A stretch of 64,000 nt of DNA. It comes from Polyangiaceae bacterium. GTDB taxonomy: Bacteria; Myxococcota_A; Polyangia; Polyangiales; Polyangiaceae. The notes under the pieces were generated by a model. That model worked only from the letters and a program-made list of their open reading frames with translations. It searched no databases and was not told the DNA's origin. The stretch is from positions 1-64,000 of the forward strand of contig JAPSGB010000023.1 in assembly GCA_035063585.1 (NCBI GenBank), read 5' to 3'. Shown here piece by piece: positions 19,228 to 28,214 of the stretch. Within the stretch, counting starts at the first letter, position 1, and each line of letters opens with the position of its first letter. Both the position numbers and the translations under genes were made by a program.

Positions 19228-22200
19228 ATGGATCCCCGCGAGATGGACGCGCTGGTTCAGCGCTTGGTCCAAAATCCGCACGACCAAGAAGCGATCACCT
19301 ACGCGCACCACGCGGGACAGAGCGATCCCCGCTCGTACGCGATGCTGCTCGAGAAGGTGGGAACCGCGACCAGCGATCCCGCCTTCGCCAGCCACTGGCT
19401 GACCGAGGCCGCGAACGTATGGTCGACCACGCTCGGCGACGCGCACCGCGCGGCCCGCGCGCTCATGATCGCCATCGATCGCGATCCGACGCAGGCGACA
19501 CCCGCCGAGCGGCTCGCCGAGCTCTACCGCGAGAAGGGTGACAGCCGAGCGCTCGTGGCCCTGCTCGAGCGGCGCGCCAAGGCGCTCGCGCCGCTCGCCG
19601 AGCAGGATCCGCAGATGCGCGCGCACGTCGCCGGGATCCACGAGGAGCTCGGCCGGCTGTGGGCCGAGCCACCGCTCTCGCAGCCGAAGAAGGCCATCGA
19701 CAACTATCGGCGCGCGGTCGAGTTCGAGCCGAGCAGCCAATACGCGATCTACGCGGCGCGGGAGCTCTACAAGGCCGCCGGCCAATGGCTGGACGCCATC
19801 CCGTACTTCGCGTTGGAGCAGGCGCTGGTCTCGGATCCGGAGCGGCGCGTCGCGCTCTACCAAGACGAGGCCGAGGTGCGACGGAGCGCCGGGGATCTCT
19901 CCGGCGCGACCGAGGCGCTCCGCATCGCCCGCTCGATCGAGGGCGGCGCGGATCCCGGCCTGAAGCAACTCGTCGCCAGCTTCGTGCTCGAGCGCGCGCA
20001 GGCCGGTGAGCCGCTAGGCGCTCCCGAGCGAGCCGAGGCCGCGCAGCTCTTCGTGGAGCTCGCCGAGGAGTACCAAGGAGAGCACGGCTACTCGTACTCG
20101 AGCTGCGCGCTCGACCTCGAGCCCGGCAATGATCGCGCCGTGCAGCTCGCCATGTACTATGGGGCGCAGCTCGGCCGCGACGCCGAGCTCGCGCCCCGCG
20201 CCGCCGCGTACCTGGCAGCGAACCCGGACGGGCCGCTCGCGGGTGAGGCGCGCGCGCTGGCGGGGCAAGCGAGCCCGCCCGCCGCGGCGCGCGCGGCGAG
20301 CCTGGCGGAGGAAGACTCGGCGCCCGACGCGTCGGCGCCCTTCGCCGCCGCGCCCAACCCGGATCGCGTGCGCGCGCTCCTCGACTCGGCGGACGAGCTG
20401 ATCCGCAAGGGTAAGAAGGGCGAGGCGGCGGCCAAATATCAGGAGGTGGTGAGCCTCGAGCCGGCCAACCACGAGGCGGTCGGCTTTCTGGAAGGCCACC
20501 TCCGCCAGACCCGCAAGTACGCCGAGCTCCGCGACATGCTGCTCGGCGCGACCCGCGTCCCCGGCGTCGACGGTGAGGCGCGCAAGGGCTGGCTGCGCGA
20601 GATCGCCGGGCTCTGCGAGACGCAGCTCCGCGACCTCGAGACCGCCATTTCTGCGTGGAAACAGCTCGCCGCGCTCGACCGCAGCGACGATGGGCCGCGC
20701 ACCCAGCTCCGCCGCTTGCTCGAGCGTGCCGGGCAGTGGGACGATCTCGCCACGCTGCTCGAGCAGGAAGCGGAGCAGACCACCGACGTCGAGGCGCGCA
20801 TAGCGCTCGAGAAGAACCTGGCGAAGCTCCACGAGCAGAAGCGGAAGGACCCGGTCGCGACCGGTGAGGCGTGGGCACGCATCGCCGGTCTCACGCCCGA
20901 TGACGAGGCCGCGCTCACCACCGCGATTCGTCATTTCGAGAAGGGTCAGCGCCCCGATCTCGCCGCGCAAGCCATCGCCGACAACGTCGGCACCATCTCG
21001 GACGAGCGGGCGCGCGCGCACCTCTACAAGAAGCTCGGCGAGCTCCGCGAGGCGTCCGGCGAGACGCTCGCGGCCGGCGAGGCCTACGCCGAGGGCGCGG
21101 GCGTGAGCAAGGACCCGAGCCTCTGGGAGGCAGCCGAGCGGTGCTTCGTCCAGGCCGAGTCCTGGGATCAGGCCGCGACCGCCATCGACGAGCGCGCCAA
21201 GCTGGGTAGCCGCCCGAAGGAGCAGGCCGGGCTCTACGCCACCGAGGCGACGTACCTCACCCGAGCCGGCGACGAGTCGAGCGCGGTCCTGCGACTCGAG
21301 CAAGCCACCGACCTCGATCCGTCGAGCGACGAGTTCGCCGGGACGCTGGAGGAGCGCTACGCGAGCGCGGGGCGAAGTGACGACCTCGCCGCCTATCTCC
21401 TGCGCCGCGCCGAGAAGCTCCAAGACAAGACGGCGCGGGTCGCGCTTCGGAAGCGCGCCGCGGTCATCCAGCGGGACGCGCTCAGCGACCCGGAGATGGC
21501 CCGCGAGAGCCTCCTGCTCGTGCTCAACGACGGCGACGACGTGGAGGCGCTCACTCTGCTCGCCGACGACGCCGACGCGCGGGGCGAGGCGAGCGAGGCG
21601 GTCGATTATCTCCATCGGCTCGGCAAGGCGGTGAGCGGCGCCGAGAAGCTCGAGATCGTGATGCGCGAGGCCGCCCTCGTCGCCGAGCGCCTCGACGATG
21701 CCGAGGGCGCCATCGAACGATACGAGCTCGTGCTCCGCGAGCTCGATCCGAAATCGGAGGCAGCGCTCACGGCCATCGTGGAGCTCCACGACAAGCGCGG
21801 CGACGCGCGCGCGACCGCCGAGGCGCTCGAGCGTCACCTCGGCATCGCCGAAGACACGGCCGTCAAGCTCGACCTCGCACAGCGGCTCGCGGGGCTGTAT
21901 GAAGGGCCCCTCGACGACCAGCGGGCGGCGATCCGCGCGCTCGACATCGTGCGCGAGCTCGACGCCGAGGATTTCGACGCGCTCCAGCGCCTCGCGGAGC
22001 TCGCGGAGGCGGTGGAGGACTGGCCGCGCGTCGCGTCGCACCTGGCGGCGCTCATCGAGGTAGAGGGTGATGACGCCGAGGTGAGCCGCATGACGCGGCG
22101 GCTCGCCGAGATCCTCCACGAGAAGGTCGGCAAGGGCGACGAGGCGCTCGCTGCGCTCCTCGGGGTGGCCGATGGCGGCGATGAAGAGAGCCGGCAAGCG

Positions 22201-24111
22201 TACGTGAAGCTCGGTGATGAGCTCGGCTGGAAGGGGATCGTCGCGACCAAGCTGGTCGAGTGGTACCTCGAGGCGCCGATTGGCCCGGCACGCAACGAGT
22301 CGCTCCGCGGCGCGTTCGAGCGGTTCGTGGAGGTCGGCCGCGACGCGGACGCGGCCAATGTCGCCAAGGAGCTCGCGCGCACGCGCGGCGCCGACGCCGA
22401 GCTGGCCCAGCGGCTCGAGGAGCTCGCCATCAAGCTGAAGGACGTCGACGCGCTCGGCGTCGCGCACGATCTGATGATCGATGGCTTGAGCGGCCCCCCG
22501 CGCGCGGAGGAGCTGGTGCGTCAGGCGGAGGTGCTGCTCGAAGCGGGCGTCGACCCGGAGGAGGCGATCCAGCACGGGGAGCAGGCGCTCACGAGCGTCG
22601 CGCCGGAGGAGGTCGAGCCGCTCCTCGCGCGGATCGCCAAGATCGCGCAGACGCCGGGCCACGTCATCGACCTCTACGAGCGGCAGGTCACCCGTTGCAA
22701 GGCGCCGAATGACCGCCTCCGCGCGCTGGCACGCGCGGCGGAGATCGCCGCCGAGCACGGCGCGCTCGACCGGGCGCGTGGGTTCTTCGATCTGGCGCTC
22801 GGCGGCGGAGTGCAGGACGAGACGCTCTCCGCGCTCGAGGAGGTCGCGCGCGAGGGGGACACGGCGAGCGGTGGGACCAGGCTCCGCGCGACCCTCGCCG
22901 AGGCGCTGGCCGCCGGTGGGCAGGGCTCCCGAGACGGAGGCCGGACCCGGAGCGCGCTCCTGCGCCGCGCCGCGCGCATCGCGTTCAGCGATCTGGGCGA
23001 CGCGGACCGGGCGTTCCGCTGGCTCGGGGATGCGCTGGTCACTCACGTCGACGACGAGGGCCTCGACGCGCTCGAGGCGTTCGCGCTCGAGGTCGGCGAT
23101 CCGCGTCGTATCGAGGCGGTGCTCGATCGCGCGCTCGAGGAGGTGTTCGACGGCCCGCTGGTGCGCAAGCTCTTGGCGCGTCGAGCCAGCACGCGCCGGG
23201 ACCGCCTCGACGACAAACTCGGCGCGGCAGGCGACCTGAAGCGGCTCCACGATCTGTCTCCCTCGGACACGGACGTCATGGACCAGCTCTCCCGGCTCTA
23301 CACCGAGCTCGAGGACTGGCGGGGGATGGTCCAGCTCTACGAAGATCAAATCCTCCGCGGCAAGGATCAGGCTGCCCGCGCGGAGCTGGCGCGTAAGGTC
23401 GCGCGGCTCTGGGAGGAGAAGCTCTTCGACGCGCGCGAGGCGGCCGACGCCTGGCGCCGCGTGCTCCGAATGAAGGCGGGCGATCCCGAAGCGACCGAGG
23501 GGCTCGAGCGCGCCAAGGCGGACATGCTGAAGCCCCGCAGCGAGCGCCCGGCGCCACCCGCCGCGCGCTCGGCGCCGCCGCCCGCCCGTAGCTCGACGCC
23601 GCCGCCCGCCCCGAAACCCGAGCCCGATCCCGAGCCGGCCCCGGCCGAGCTCGCGCCTGCCGAGCCCGAGCCGGGCGCGCTCCCGGCCGAGCCCGGCTCG
23701 GCGCGCGCCGCGGAGGGAGCCACCACCACGACCGAGCGAACCGCTCCGCCCGCGCCGCCCGAGCATCACGCCGATGACGAGCGCACGGTGACCGAGGTGG
23801 CGCTCACACCCGACGCCGGGGCCGCGCAAGACGACGACGAGGATGAGGACGTGCCGACCGTGCCGCCGCCGCCGGAGGCCGCGGAGGCGACGCACGAGTC
23901 GCCGGCCAGCGCGTCCGAGGCCGCGCTACCGTCGTCACCGCCGCCGAGGAGCGTGCCACCGCCGCCGCCGTCGCGCGCGAGCGGCCGCCCGCCGCCGCGG
24001 AGCGCTCCGCCGCCTCCCTCGTCCCACGAGGCCGTGCCTGTCGAGGACGACGCCGAGGACGTCGACGAGGACGAGCTCGTGGTCGATGACGCCGAGCTCC
24101 TCGACGACTGA
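19228..24111 (+). CDS. Very large TPR/alpha-solenoid protein (about 1627 aa) with Pro-rich and acidic tail
   Basis: Recurring A...Y/W...L..DP....A TPR-like units; no signal peptide; start 19228 or 19201. Confidence 0.85.
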   Translation: MDPREMDALVQRLVQNPHDQEAITYAHHAGQSDPRSYAMLLEKVGTATSDPAFASHWLTEAANVWSTTLGDAHRAARALMIAIDRDPTQATPAERLAELYREKGDSRALVALLERRAKALAPLAEQDPQMRAHVAGIHEELGRLWAEPPLSQPKKAIDNYRRAVEFEPSSQYAIYAARELYKAAGQWLDAIPYFALEQALVSDPERRVALYQDEAEVRRSAGDLSGATEALRIARSIEGGADPGLKQLVASFVLERAQAGEPLGAPERAEAAQLFVELAEEYQGEHGYSYSSCALDLEPGNDRAVQLAMYYGAQLGRDAELAPRAAAYLAANPDGPLAGEARALAGQASPPAAARAASLAEEDSAPDASAPFAAAPNPDRVRALLDSADELIRKGKKGEAAAKYQEVVSLEPANHEAVGFLEGHLRQTRKYAELRDMLLGATRVPGVDGEARKGWLREIAGLCETQLRDLETAISAWKQLAALDRSDDGPRTQLRRLLERAGQWDDLATLLEQEAEQTTDVEARIALEKNLAKLHEQKRKDPVATGEAWARIAGLTPDDEAALTTAIRHFEKGQRPDLAAQAIADNVGTISDERARAHLYKKLGELREASGETLAAGEAYAEGAGVSKDPSLWEAAERCFVQAESWDQAATAIDERAKLGSRPKEQAGLYATEATYLTRAGDESSAVLRLEQATDLDPSSDEFAGTLEERYASAGRSDDLAAYLLRRAEKLQDKTARVALRKRAAVIQRDALSDPEMARESLLLVLNDGDDVEALTLLADDADARGEASEAVDYLHRLGKAVSGAEKLEIVMREAALVAERLDDAEGAIERYELVLRELDPKSEAALTAIVELHDKRGDARATAEALERHLGIAEDTAVKLDLAQRLAGLYEGPLDDQRAAIRALDIVRELDAEDFDALQRLAELAEAVEDWPRVASHLAALIEVEGDDAEVSRMTRRLAEILHEKVGKGDEALAALLGVADGGDEESRQAYVKLGDELGWKGIVATKLVEWYLEAPIGPARNESLRGAFERFVEVGRDADAANVAKELARTRGADAELAQRLEELAIKLKDVDALGVAHDLMIDGLSGPPRAEELVRQAEVLLEAGVDPEEAIQHGEQALTSVAPEEVEPLLARIAKIAQTPGHVIDLYERQVTRCKAPNDRLRALARAAEIAAEHGALDRARGFFDLALGGGVQDETLSALEEVAREGDTASGGTRLRATLAEALAAGGQGSRDGGRTRSALLRRAARIAFSDLGDADRAFRWLGDALVTHVDDEGLDALEAFALEVGDPRRIEAVLDRALEEVFDGPLVRKLLARRASTRRDRLDDKLGAAGDLKRLHDLSPSDTDVMDQLSRLYTELEDWRGMVQLYEDQILRGKDQAARAELARKVARLWEEKLFDAREAADAWRRVLRMKAGDPEATEGLERAKADMLKPRSERPAPPAARSAPPPARSSTPPPAPKPEPDPEPAPAELAPAEPEPGALPAEPGSARAAEGATTTTERTAPPAPPEHHADDERTVTEVALTPDAGAAQDDDEDEDVPTVPPPPEAAEATHESPASASEAALPSSPPPRSVPPPPPSRASGRPPPRSAPPPPSSHEAVPVEDDAEDVDEDELVVDDAELLDD

Positions 24112-24116
24112 GCAGC

Positions 24117-25001
24117 TCACTCGCCGAAGCTGAGGAGCCCGGCGGAAGTGTCGAGCACCGCCCTCAGCCCGAGCGGGAGCGGCTCGTTCCACGCGCCGTG
24201 TCCGAAGTGGAGCCCGGCGGCGACCGGGACGCCGAGCTCGGCGAGCCGCTCGCGGAGCGCGGCCTCGGCGGAGACCTCGAACGGGCCCGACGGACAGCTC
24301 GTGAAATCTCCGACCACGACGGCCGCGACGCGATCGAGGTGCCCGCCGACCATGAGCGAGGTGAGCATGCGGTCGAGGCGATAGGAGCTCTCCGTCACGT
24401 CCTCGAGCGCGAGCACGCCGCCCTCCGGCAAGAACAGCCGGCCCGCCGCGGCGCAGGCGGCCAGCATCGCCAAGTTTCCGCCGCAGAGCGTCCCGGTGGC
24501 GCGCCCGCTCGCCCACGTCTCGAGCCCGTCGTGGCGTCGCGCGCGGGTCGGATGCTCGAGGGCCGCGAGCCAGCGCGAGCGCGCCGCCGCGTCGCCACGC
24601 CCGAGCCCGGCGGCGTTGTGCGCGTGCAGCGAGGCGACGCCGTGGCGAGCCGCCTCGACGTGGAGCACCGTGACGTCCGAGAAACCCACCAGCCACCGAG
24701 GCGCCGAGTGGAGCGCCGAGAAGTCCACCTGGTGGGCGATGCGGCCGAGCCCGTAGCCGCCGCGCGCCGCGATGACCGCGGCGACCCCCGGCGCGCGGAG
24801 CGCGCGCTCGAGTTCGGCGCGCCGGCGCCCGTCGGTGCCCGCCAGGTACCCGCTACGGCTGAACAGGCCGGGCTCGAACTCGACGCGGTACCGCTCGGCG
24901 AGCCAGCCCACGCCTCGCATGAGCAGCGTTCGGTCGAAGGGGCCGGAGGGGGCCACGACCCGGACACGGTCGCCGGGTCGGAGCGGCGGGGGCACGAGCA
25001 C
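24117..25001 (-). CDS. LD-carboxypeptidase (peptidase S66)
   Basis: PPPLRPGDRVRVVAPSG, ARGGYG, GFSDVT (Ser), GGNL, LEDV (Glu), FGH (His); GTG 25001. Confidence 0.93.
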   Translation of the reverse strand: MLVPPPLRPGDRVRVVAPSGPFDRTLLMRGVGWLAERYRVEFEPGLFSRSGYLAGTDGRRRAELERALRAPGVAAVIAARGGYGLGRIAHQVDFSALHSAPRWLVGFSDVTVLHVEAARHGVASLHAHNAAGLGRGDAAARSRWLAALEHPTRARRHDGLETWASGRATGTLCGGNLAMLAACAAAGRLFLPEGGVLALEDVTESSYRLDRMLTSLMVGGHLDRVAAVVVGDFTSCPSGPFEVSAEAALRERLAELGVPVAAGLHFGHGAWNEPLPLGLRAVLDTSAGLLSFGE

Positions 25002-25076
25002 GCGGACATCGTCTCGGGCGCGGGCGACCGGCGTCAAGGCCTGCCGATTTCGGCTCGGGCTGATAGAGTCGCGGGC

Positions 25077-26003
25077 GTGGACCGGAGGCGCGCGCTCGCA
25101 CGACTGACCGACGTCGCGGCAAGGGACGTCATCCCGCTCGGGCAGCGGTTCGCCGCCGGGCTCCGTCGCTCCGCCGACGAGCTCACCCTCCGGCTGGTCG
25201 GTCCCGATTTCGACGATCGGGTGCAGCAGCTCCGCGAGCGGTATCTCGTCGCCGGCGGCGATCCGTTCGGGCTCGATCCGGACACCGCGAAATACGCCAT
25301 CTTGGTGTGCGCGTTCTTCCATCGGATGTGGTTCCGCACCGAGGTCCACGACATCGAGCACGTCCCGCCGGGCCGAGTGCTCCTCATCGCGAACCACTCG
25401 GGGCAGGTGCCCATCGACGGCGCCATCATCGGCTCGGCGATGTTCCTCGACGCCGAGCCCCCGCGGATGATCCGCGCGATGGTCGAGAAATGGGCGCTCA
25501 CCCTACCGTTCGTCGGTACCTTCTTCAACCGGGTCGGGCAGGTGGTCGGCGTTCCGGAGAACGCGCGCCGCCTGCTCGAGAACGACGAGATGCTGCTCGT
25601 CTTCCCCGAGGGGACGCGCGGCATCAACAAACCGTTCAACCGGCGCTACCAGCTCGAGGAGTTCGGGCTCGGCTTCATGCGGCTCGCCATCGAGACCGGG
25701 ACGCCGATCGTCCCGGTGGCCGTCATCGGCGCCGAGGAGCAGTACGTCAACCTCGGCAACGTCGAGTGGCTCGCGCGCACGCTCGGGATGCCGTCCTTCC
25801 CGGTGATGCCGCAGCTCGCGGTGCCGGGCGGGCAGCTGCCGCTGCCCACGAAGTATCGGCTCTACTTCGCCGAGCCCATGAGGTTCGACGGCGATCCCGA
25901 CGATGACGACGCGGTGCTCGAAGAGAAGGTGTGGCTCGTCAAGCAGACCATCCAAAGCATGCTGAACCGCGGGCTCAAGGCGCGAAAGGGGATCTTCTTC
26001 TGA
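25077..26003 (+). CDS. Lysophospholipid/glycerol acyltransferase (PlsC-like)
   Basis: LLIANHSGQVPID (NH...D block), VFPEG, GF.RLA...G.PIVPV; start uncertain. Confidence 0.88.
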   Translation: MDRRRALARLTDVAARDVIPLGQRFAAGLRRSADELTLRLVGPDFDDRVQQLRERYLVAGGDPFGLDPDTAKYAILVCAFFHRMWFRTEVHDIEHVPPGRVLLIANHSGQVPIDGAIIGSAMFLDAEPPRMIRAMVEKWALTLPFVGTFFNRVGQVVGVPENARRLLENDEMLLVFPEGTRGINKPFNRRYQLEEFGLGFMRLAIETGTPIVPVAVIGAEEQYVNLGNVEWLARTLGMPSFPVMPQLAVPGGQLPLPTKYRLYFAEPMRFDGDPDDDDAVLEEKVWLVKQTIQSMLNRGLKARKGIFF

Positions 26004-27046
26004 TGTCCTCGGGGTCTTCGGCTCCGCCCGCGGGCGAGCGACGGGGGCCGTCGTCGCGGCGCCGCGAAGCGCGTCGCTCGACCGACCTGTCGATCGCCGA
26101 CGCCGCGCGTCGCATCGAGGCGGGTTCGGTGGTCGTCACCGGCATCGTCGGGCGGCTCGGCCGGCGGCTCGCGCGCCAGCTCCACCGCGAGCGCGCCGTG
26201 ATCGGCGTCGATCGGCGTGAGTTCCCCGATCGCCCGAAGGACATCGAGCATTTCCCCATCGACATCCGCCGGAAGAAGGCCCGCGACATCTTCCGGCGCC
26301 CGGACGTCGGCGCGCTGGTGCACCTCGGGGTGTTCCACAACCCGCGCGGAAATAGCGAAGAGCACCACAGCTGGAACGTGCTCGGTTTCCAGAAGCTGCT
26401 CGAGTACGTGCGCGATTTCGACGTGCCGAAGTTGGTCCTCGTGTCGAGCGCGAACGTGTACGGCCCGCGCCCGGACAACCCGCAGTTCTTGAGCGAGGAC
26501 GCGCCGCTGCTCGGCGCTGGCGCCTTCAGCGACATCCGCGATCTGGTCACCCTCGACATGCTCGCGCAGTCCTTCTTCTGGAAGTATCCGCGCACCGAGA
26601 CGGTGATCCTGCGCCCGACACACATCCTCGGGACGGTGCGGAACGCGCCGAGCAACTACCTCCGGATGCAGGTCGTGCCGACCTTGATGGGTTTCGATCC
26701 GATGATCCAGGCGGTACACCAAGACGATCTGGTGGAGGCGATCCGCCTGGCTCTCCGGCCCGGGATCCGTGGGATCTTCAACATCGGCGGCCCGCCGCCG
26801 GTGCCGCTCTCGCAGGCGCTGCGGCTCCTCGGGCGGGCCGCGCTCCCGATGCCGCACGCGGTGGCGAAGGTCGCCATCGAGCGGCTCTGGCGCTGGCGCA
26901 TGACCTCCTTTCCCGCGCCGGAGCTCGACTACATCCGCTACGTTTGCATGGTGGATGACTCACGCGCGCGCCACGTGCTCGGTTACTCGCCGCGCTTCGA
27001 CCTCGAGGCCACGCTGAAGGCGGTCGACGAGGAGCGGTGGGTATGA
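26003..27046 (+). CDS. Atypical extended SDR (NAD-dependent epimerase/dehydratase-like)
   Basis: VVVTGIVGRLG Rossmann motif, LVHLG, SSANVYG, QAVHQDD, GIFNIG; no YxxxK at the expected site; TGATG coupling to the acyltransferase. Confidence 0.82.
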   Translation: MSSGSSAPPAGERRGPSSRRREARRSTDLSIADAARRIEAGSVVVTGIVGRLGRRLARQLHRERAVIGVDRREFPDRPKDIEHFPIDIRRKKARDIFRRPDVGALVHLGVFHNPRGNSEEHHSWNVLGFQKLLEYVRDFDVPKLVLVSSANVYGPRPDNPQFLSEDAPLLGAGAFSDIRDLVTLDMLAQSFFWKYPRTETVILRPTHILGTVRNAPSNYLRMQVVPTLMGFDPMIQAVHQDDLVEAIRLALRPGIRGIFNIGGPPPVPLSQALRLLGRAALPMPHAVAKVAIERLWRWRMTSFPAPELDYIRYVCMVDDSRARHVLGYSPRFDLEATLKAVDEERWV

Positions 27047-27306
27047 AGCGGTCGTCGCTCACGCTACTCGCGGCGGTCGTGGTCGCGTGCTCGCCCGGCA
27101 AGGGCGAAGCGCCGCCACCGGCCGCGAGCGCCCGGGTGGTGCCCGCGCCGCCGAACGCGCTCGGCGCTCAGGCCGCGAGCCGCACCGATCCGTCGGTGAT
27201 GGTCGGGGGCTCGGCCGGCGCGGCCGGGGGCGGCGCCGAGGGCGACCCGCTCGCGCCGCCGGCCGCGCCGGCCGAGCCATCGGCAGACGCCGGGGTGCCG
27301 CTGTGA
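27043..27306 (+). CDS. Small Pro/Ala-rich lipoprotein
   Basis: ATGA overlap with the SDR stop; MKRSSLTLLAAVVVA-C lipobox. Confidence 0.65.
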   Translation: MKRSSLTLLAAVVVACSPGKGEAPPPAASARVVPAPPNALGAQAASRTDPSVMVGGSAGAAGGGAEGDPLAPPAAPAEPSADAGVPL

Positions 27307-27605
27307 AGCGAGGCCGCTTCGTCTGGCTCGCGCTCGCCGCTTGGGCGCTGGCGGGCTGCCCGGCGCATCGCGCGCCGCCCGCGGGGCCGCCGCCCGAGTA
27401 CGAGCAGCCGGTGCTCCCGCCATGGGAGGCGGCCGCGCCGCCCGCGGACCCGCTCGACGAGGCGGACGAGCCGTCCGAGGACGACGCCGCCGCGCCGCCC
27501 TCCGCCGGCGCCGCGGACGCGGCCGCTCCCGTCGAAGGCGGGAGCGAAGGGGGAGGGGATGCCGGTGCGGCGCGGGAGCCGCGCGGGGTGACTCCCGGCG
27601 CGTGA
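27303..27605 (+). CDS. Small Pro/acidic-rich lipoprotein
   Basis: GTGA overlap with the previous stop; MKRGRFVWLALAAWALAG-C lipobox; GPPPEYE.P. Confidence 0.7.
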   Translation: MKRGRFVWLALAAWALAGCPAHRAPPAGPPPEYEQPVLPPWEAAAPPADPLDEADEPSEDDAAAPPSAGAADAAAPVEGGSEGGGDAGAAREPRGVTPGA

Positions 27606-27743
27606 CGTCGCGCGCCCGCGGCGGTGGCGGCCGCCGCCGGCGGCCAGCGTTCGCGCGCCACCGCTCTCGGGAATCTGGCTCGAAACCGCGCGGCACGCCG
27701 CCTGCATACCGCTCGGGAGGAGCTATACTGGAGGTCACGAGCC

Positions 27744-28085
27744 GTGGAACCCACCCGCTTGACGGTCACCATCCTGCGACAGATCCGCGACGGCGTGTCG
27801 GACGTGAGCGCGCGGCTCGACCAGACCAACGCGCGGCTCGACCAGACCAACACGCGGCTCGACCAGACCAACGCGCGGCTCGAGTCGATGCACGAGGAGT
27901 TGGCGCGTCGCATCGTCGAGTCGGAGCTTCGCACCGCGACCGCGCTCACCGAGCTCAGCGGCTCGGTCCGCGAGATGACCGCCACGCTACGGTCCGCGAG
28001 CGAGCTTCGGCCGCGGGTCGACCGCTGCGAGGGTGACGTCGCCGAGCTGCGCCACCGCGTCGAGCGGCTAGAGTCGGCGCGCTGA
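27744..28085 (+). CDS. Small coiled-coil protein with heptad repeats
   Basis: GGAGG at 27730 and GTG 27744; (ARLDQTN)-type repeats; ends RVERLES. Confidence 0.75.
   Translation: MEPTRLTVTILRQIRDGVSDVSARLDQTNARLDQTNTRLDQTNARLESMHEELARRIVESELRTATALTELSGSVREMTATLRSASELRPRVDRCEGDVAELRHRVERLESAR
27810..27883 (+). repeat. 21-bp coding tandem repeat, 3.5 copies
   Basis: gcgcggctcgaccagaccaac at 27810, 27831 and 27852 (one mismatch), plus a partial copy at 27873. Confidence 0.92.
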
Positions 28086-28214
28086 GCCCTCCGCCGCCCG
28101 CCACGCCTCCGCGCGGGCGCCTCGAACCGCGCGCGCTGGCCGCCAGGCCCCGCGTGATCTAGGCTCGCGAGCGTTGTCACCCCGCGAGCAGGCACCTCCG
28201 ACGAGGCCCGAGAC

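Noticed and set aside
20014..23895. 1293-aa minus-strand ORF and similar long overlapping ORFs (e.g. 40549..42549, 54242..56398)
   Set aside because: In-register antisense frames of well-supported genes, with no independent coding evidence.
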